The notes beneath the pieces are model-generated. The model had not been told where the DNA came from and made no database searches. It was given only the letters and a program-made list of their open reading frames with translations. Below are positions 60,859 to 64,000 of a DNA stretch of 64,000 bases, in pieces. A program made the translations under genes and the position numbers. Numbering within the stretch: position 1 is the first letter of the stretch; every line of letters starts with the position of its first letter. The stretch lies in assembly GCA_963703345.1 (NCBI GenBank), contig OY969814.1, positions 64,001-128,000 on the forward strand. The letters are read 5' to 3'. Source of the DNA: an uncultured Chloroflexia bacterium (lineage in GTDB: Bacteria; Chloroflexota; Dehalococcoidia; DSTF01; JALHUB01).

Positions 60859-61506
60859 TTGATACTCATACTGTTGGGACCTCCGGGCGCAGGCAAGGGG
60901 ACGCAGGCGGTGGCGATCGCGCAGCAGGCGGGAATCGCCCACGTGGCCACCGGCGACCTGTTCCGGGAGAGTATCCGCAATCAGACGGAGCTGGGCAAGC
61001 AGGCGAAGGTCTACGTCGACCGCGGCGAGCTGGTGCCGGACCAGATAACGGTCGGGATGCTGCTCGACCGGCTGGAGCGACCGGACACGCAGAAGGGAGT
61101 CCTTCTCGACGGCTTCCCGCGGACGGTCGACCAGGCGCGGGCGCTGGACGAGGCGCTCAAAGAGCGCGCTCAGGCTGTCGACAAGGTGCTCTACATCAAC
61201 GTTGGCGAAGAAGAGGTCGTGCGGCGGCTGGCGGGTCGCTGGACGTGCCGTCAGTGCGGCGCCGTCTATCACCAGGTCTTCAGCCCGCCGAAGGAAGCTG
61301 GCAAGTGCGACCAGTGCGGCGGCGAGCTCTATCAGCGCGACGACGACAAGCCGGAGACGGTCCGAAACCGCCTGGGCGTGTATAACCAGCAGACCGCTCC
61401 GCTCATCGATTACTATCAACGTCAGGGCAAGCTGGTGGAGGTGAACGGCGAGGCGGGTGCCGAGGCGGTAGGCAAGGACTTGCTCAAGGCGGCGGGACTT
61501 TCCTGA
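60859..61506 (+). CDS. adk: Adenylate kinase (Zn-lid)
   Basis: GPPGAGKGTQ, LDGFPR, CxxC...CxxC lid, QRDDD. Confidence 0.98.
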   Translation: MILILLGPPGAGKGTQAVAIAQQAGIAHVATGDLFRESIRNQTELGKQAKVYVDRGELVPDQITVGMLLDRLERPDTQKGVLLDGFPRTVDQARALDEALKERAQAVDKVLYINVGEEEVVRRLAGRWTCRQCGAVYHQVFSPPKEAGKCDQCGGELYQRDDDKPETVRNRLGVYNQQTAPLIDYYQRQGKLVEVNGEAGAEAVGKDLLKAAGLS

Positions 61507-61529
61507 ACTGCCTGAGGCGTCGGGGCTAG

Positions 61530-62279
61530 ATGCCCATCATAATAAAGTCGGAAGAAGAGATAGCAATCATCCGTGAAGCGGGCCGCGTTGTCGGCCAGGT
61601 GCTTCAGATACTGGCCCGGGAGGCAAAGCCGGGCGTCAAGGGCAAGCAACTGGACGCGTTGGTACGAAAGGAGTTCGCCAGCCGGGGCGTCGAGCCGACT
61701 TTCCTTGGCTACATGGGCTACCCGGCCAGCGTTTGCCTGTCGGTAAATGACGAAGTCGTCCACGGCATCCCCGGCGAAAGGGAGCTGAAAGACGGCGACG
61801 TGCTAAGCATAGACCTCGGTGCGACCTGCAAGGGGTTCGTCGGCGACGCGGCGATCACGGTCGGCATCGGACGGATCAGCAGCGAGGCGGAACGCCTGAT
61901 CCGGACAACGGAGAGGGCGCTTTACAAGGGAATACAGGCCGCCAGGGCCGGCAGGCCACTCGGCGCCGTCTCTCATGCGATACAGACGGAGGTCGAGGGC
62001 GAGGGGTTCTCGGTGGTGCGCGAGTACGTCGGACACGGCGTCGGCCGCGCGATGCATGAGGACCCGCAGATACCGAACTTCGGGCCGGCCGATAGAGGGC
62101 CCATCTTGAGGAAGGGTATGGTGCTCGCCATCGAGCCGATGGTCAATGCCGGCGGCTGGCGCACGAAGAGGCACGAGGACGGCTGGACGGTCAGCACGCT
62201 CGACCGAAGCCTCTCGGCCCATTTCGAGCACACCATCGCCGTGACGGACGGCGAGGCGGAGATACTGACGTTGCCCTGA
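61530..62279 (+). CDS. map: Type I methionine aminopeptidase
   Basis: SVNDEVVHGIP, GHGVG, HEDP, AIEPM, AHFEHT. Confidence 0.97.
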   Translation: MPIIIKSEEEIAIIREAGRVVGQVLQILAREAKPGVKGKQLDALVRKEFASRGVEPTFLGYMGYPASVCLSVNDEVVHGIPGERELKDGDVLSIDLGATCKGFVGDAAITVGIGRISSEAERLIRTTERALYKGIQAARAGRPLGAVSHAIQTEVEGEGFSVVREYVGHGVGRAMHEDPQIPNFGPADRGPILRKGMVLAIEPMVNAGGWRTKRHEDGWTVSTLDRSLSAHFEHTIAVTDGEAEILTLP

Positions 62280-62316
62280 GGCAGCGTCGGACGGCAAACA
62301 ATAATTCGGGGAGGTT

Positions 62317-62535
62317 ATGCCCAAGAAAGAGACGATCGAAGTAGAGGGGGTGGTGAAGGAGGCTCTGCCGAACGCAATGTTCCGCGTAGACCTGGCAAAC
62401 GGACACAAGGTCCTTGCCCACGTCTCCGGAAAAATACGGCTTCACTTCATCAGGATTCTGCCGGGAGACCGTGTCCTGGTTGAGCTCTCTCCTTACGATC
62501 TGTCACGCGGCCGCATCACCTACCGATTCAAGTGA
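62317..62535 (+). CDS. infA: Translation initiation factor IF-1
   Basis: [25 protein letters not shown]. Confidence 0.98.
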   Translation: MPKKETIEVEGVVKEALPNAMFRVDLANGHKVLAHVSGKIRLHFIRILPGDRVLVELSPYDLSRGRITYRFK

Positions 62536-62563
62536 GTCGAACGAGGCGGCAAAAGAGGATATA

Positions 62564-62677
62564 ATGAAAGTTCAAGCATCAGTGAAAGTGCGCTGTGAGA
62601 AGTGCCGCATTGTCCGGCGCCGGGGCGTCGTCATGGTGATCTGCCCCAACCCCAAGCACAAGCAGCGTCAGGGTTGA
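62564..62677 (+). CDS. rpmJ: 50S ribosomal protein bL36
   Basis: [14 protein letters not shown]...[12 protein letters not shown]. Confidence 0.97.
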   Translation: MKVQASVKVRCEKCRIVRRRGVVMVICPNPKHKQRQG

Positions 62678-62690
62678 CCCAGGAGGAACG

Positions 62691-63074
62691 ATGGCACGTA
62701 TTGCCGGCGTAGACATACCAAATGACAAACAAGTTAGGGTCGCCCTCGGCTATATCTATGGCATCGGGCGAACGCGCTCTCAGAAAATCCTAGGCCAGAC
62801 CCAGATCGACCCAACCGTGCGTGTGCGGGACCTGACCGATGATGAGATCAACCGCATCCGTGAGGTCATCGACCGCGAATACGTGGTCGAAGGGGACCTG
62901 AGGCGCGAGGTGCGCCAGAACGTCCAGCACTTGATCGAGATCAACTGCTATCGCGGCATTCGGCACCGTCGCGGCCTGCCGGTGCACGGCCAGAGGACGC
63001 GCACGAACGCTCGTACCAAGCGAGGCGCACGCCGCACCGTGGCCGGCAAGCGGCGGTCGGTCGCCAAGAAGTAG
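62691..63074 (+). CDS. rpsM: 30S ribosomal protein uS13
   Basis: [26 protein letters not shown]. Confidence 0.98.
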   Translation: MARIAGVDIPNDKQVRVALGYIYGIGRTRSQKILGQTQIDPTVRVRDLTDDEINRIREVIDREYVVEGDLRREVRQNVQHLIEINCYRGIRHRRGLPVHGQRTRTNARTKRGARRTVAGKRRSVAKK

Positions 63075-63089
63075 GAGAGGATAGCATAC

Positions 63090-63485
63090 GTGGCTGAGAA
63101 GAAGACGAAGAGCCGGGTCCGAAGGCGCGAACGAAAGTCGATCCCGAAGGGAAAGGCCTACATTCAGTCCACCTTCAACAACACACTGATAACGCTCACC
63201 GACCCTACGGGCAACGCAATTGCCTGGAGTAGCGCCGGCACGTCAGGCTTCAAGGGGTCGCGGAAGAGCACGCCGTACGCCGCGCAGATGGCCGCTCAGC
63301 AGGCGGCGCGCAAGGCAATGGACCAGGGCATGCGGCAGGTGGACGTCTTCGTCAAAGGGCCGGGCGGCGGTCGAGAAGCGGCCATTCGCGCCCTCCAGAG
63401 CGCCGGCCTGGCTGTTCTCAGCATACGCGACGTAACGCCGATACCGCACAACGGCTGCCGTCCGCCAAAGCGGCGTCGGATCTAG
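63090..63485 (+). CDS. rpsK: 30S ribosomal protein uS11
   Basis: [26 protein letters not shown]. Confidence 0.98.
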   Translation: MAEKKTKSRVRRRERKSIPKGKAYIQSTFNNTLITLTDPTGNAIAWSSAGTSGFKGSRKSTPYAAQMAAQQAARKAMDQGMRQVDVFVKGPGGGREAAIRALQSAGLAVLSIRDVTPIPHNGCRPPKRRRI

Positions 63486-63511
63486 GGGTGGGGCAAAGGA
63501 GACGACTGTAG

Positions 63512-64000
63512 ATGGCTCGATATACAGGACCCGTGTGCCGCTTGTGCCGTCGTTTCGGCGAAAAGCTGATGCTGAAGGGCGACCGGTGCTATCGAAAGTG
63601 CGCCGTGGAGCGGCGAACCCAGCCGCCCGGCTTCCGCCTCGCGCGCCGCCGCCGCATATCCGACCGCGCCGTCCAGCTTCGCGAGAAGCAGAAGGCGCGG
63701 TTCACCTACGGCATCCTGGAGCGACAGTTCCGTCGCTACTATGCCGAAGCGGTGCGCCGGCCGGGCGTCACCGGCGATAACCTCATCCGTTTGCTGGAGA
63801 TGCGGCTCGACAACATCATCTACCGCCTGGGGCTCGCCGATTCGCGGGCGCAGGCCAGGCAACTCGTCAGTCACGGCCACGTGGTCGTCAACGGACGCAA
63901 GACAGGTATTCCTTCGGCGCAAGTCAAGGTGAACGACATCATCGGCTGGAGTCAGAGGGGAAAGAAAAGCGAGTACTACAAGGTGGTCGAGGAAACCGCG
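63512..64000 (+). CDS. rpsD: 30S ribosomal protein uS4 (partial, runs off window)
   Basis: Manual translation [14 protein letters not shown]...LREKQK...LEMRLDN...ARQLVSHGH. Confidence 0.96.
   Translation, partial: MARYTGPVCRLCRRFGEKLMLKGDRCYRKCAVERRTQPPGFRLARRRRISDRAVQLREKQKARFTYGILERQFRRYYAEAVRRPGVTGDNLIRLLEMRLDNIIYRLGLADSRAQARQLVSHGHVVVNGRKTGIPSAQVKVNDIIGWSQRGKKSEYYKVVEETA

Noticed and set aside
55861-64000. Zn-ribbon (C+) forms of uL24, uS14, bL36, uS4 and Adk
   Set aside because: Real but ordinary for this lineage; not novel.

Overview
GC-rich bacterial chromosomal window, most likely Chloroflexota (Dehalococcoidia-like). This is inferred from the rpsL-rpsG-fusA-rpsJ order without tuf, the long uS12 insert, a PPLS-type winged-helix domain and a WYxRRRW surface-protein tail. 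The first ~46 kb is mixed metabolic and accessory DNA: a degenerate GGDEF protein, a GH31 N-terminal fragment, a GH3-TM-wHTH fusion, glpK, pyk, MFS/TSUP/DUF1634, an amylo-1,6-glucosidase family enzyme, oppABC, a YVTN beta-propeller, acs, the lpdA-pdhABC operon, aroH-aroF-scpA, a divergent trpC, purA/purF/purM/purH and rpsU. From 46.8 kb to the end are the str, S10, spc and alpha ribosomal protein clusters. The most striking candidates are four. (1) A 945-aa protein with signal peptide, exported GH3 glycosidase, one TM helix and a cytoplasmic OmpR-type DNA-binding domain, with helically phased direct repeats in front of the next gene; this is a possible one-component glycan-sensing system. (2) A promoter-driven structured non-coding transcript containing only the 3' half of tRNA-Lys(UUU). 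(3) A glpK with no canonical start codon. (4) A TrpC-fold protein with substituted active-site residues. All calls come from manual motif recognition; no database searches were run.
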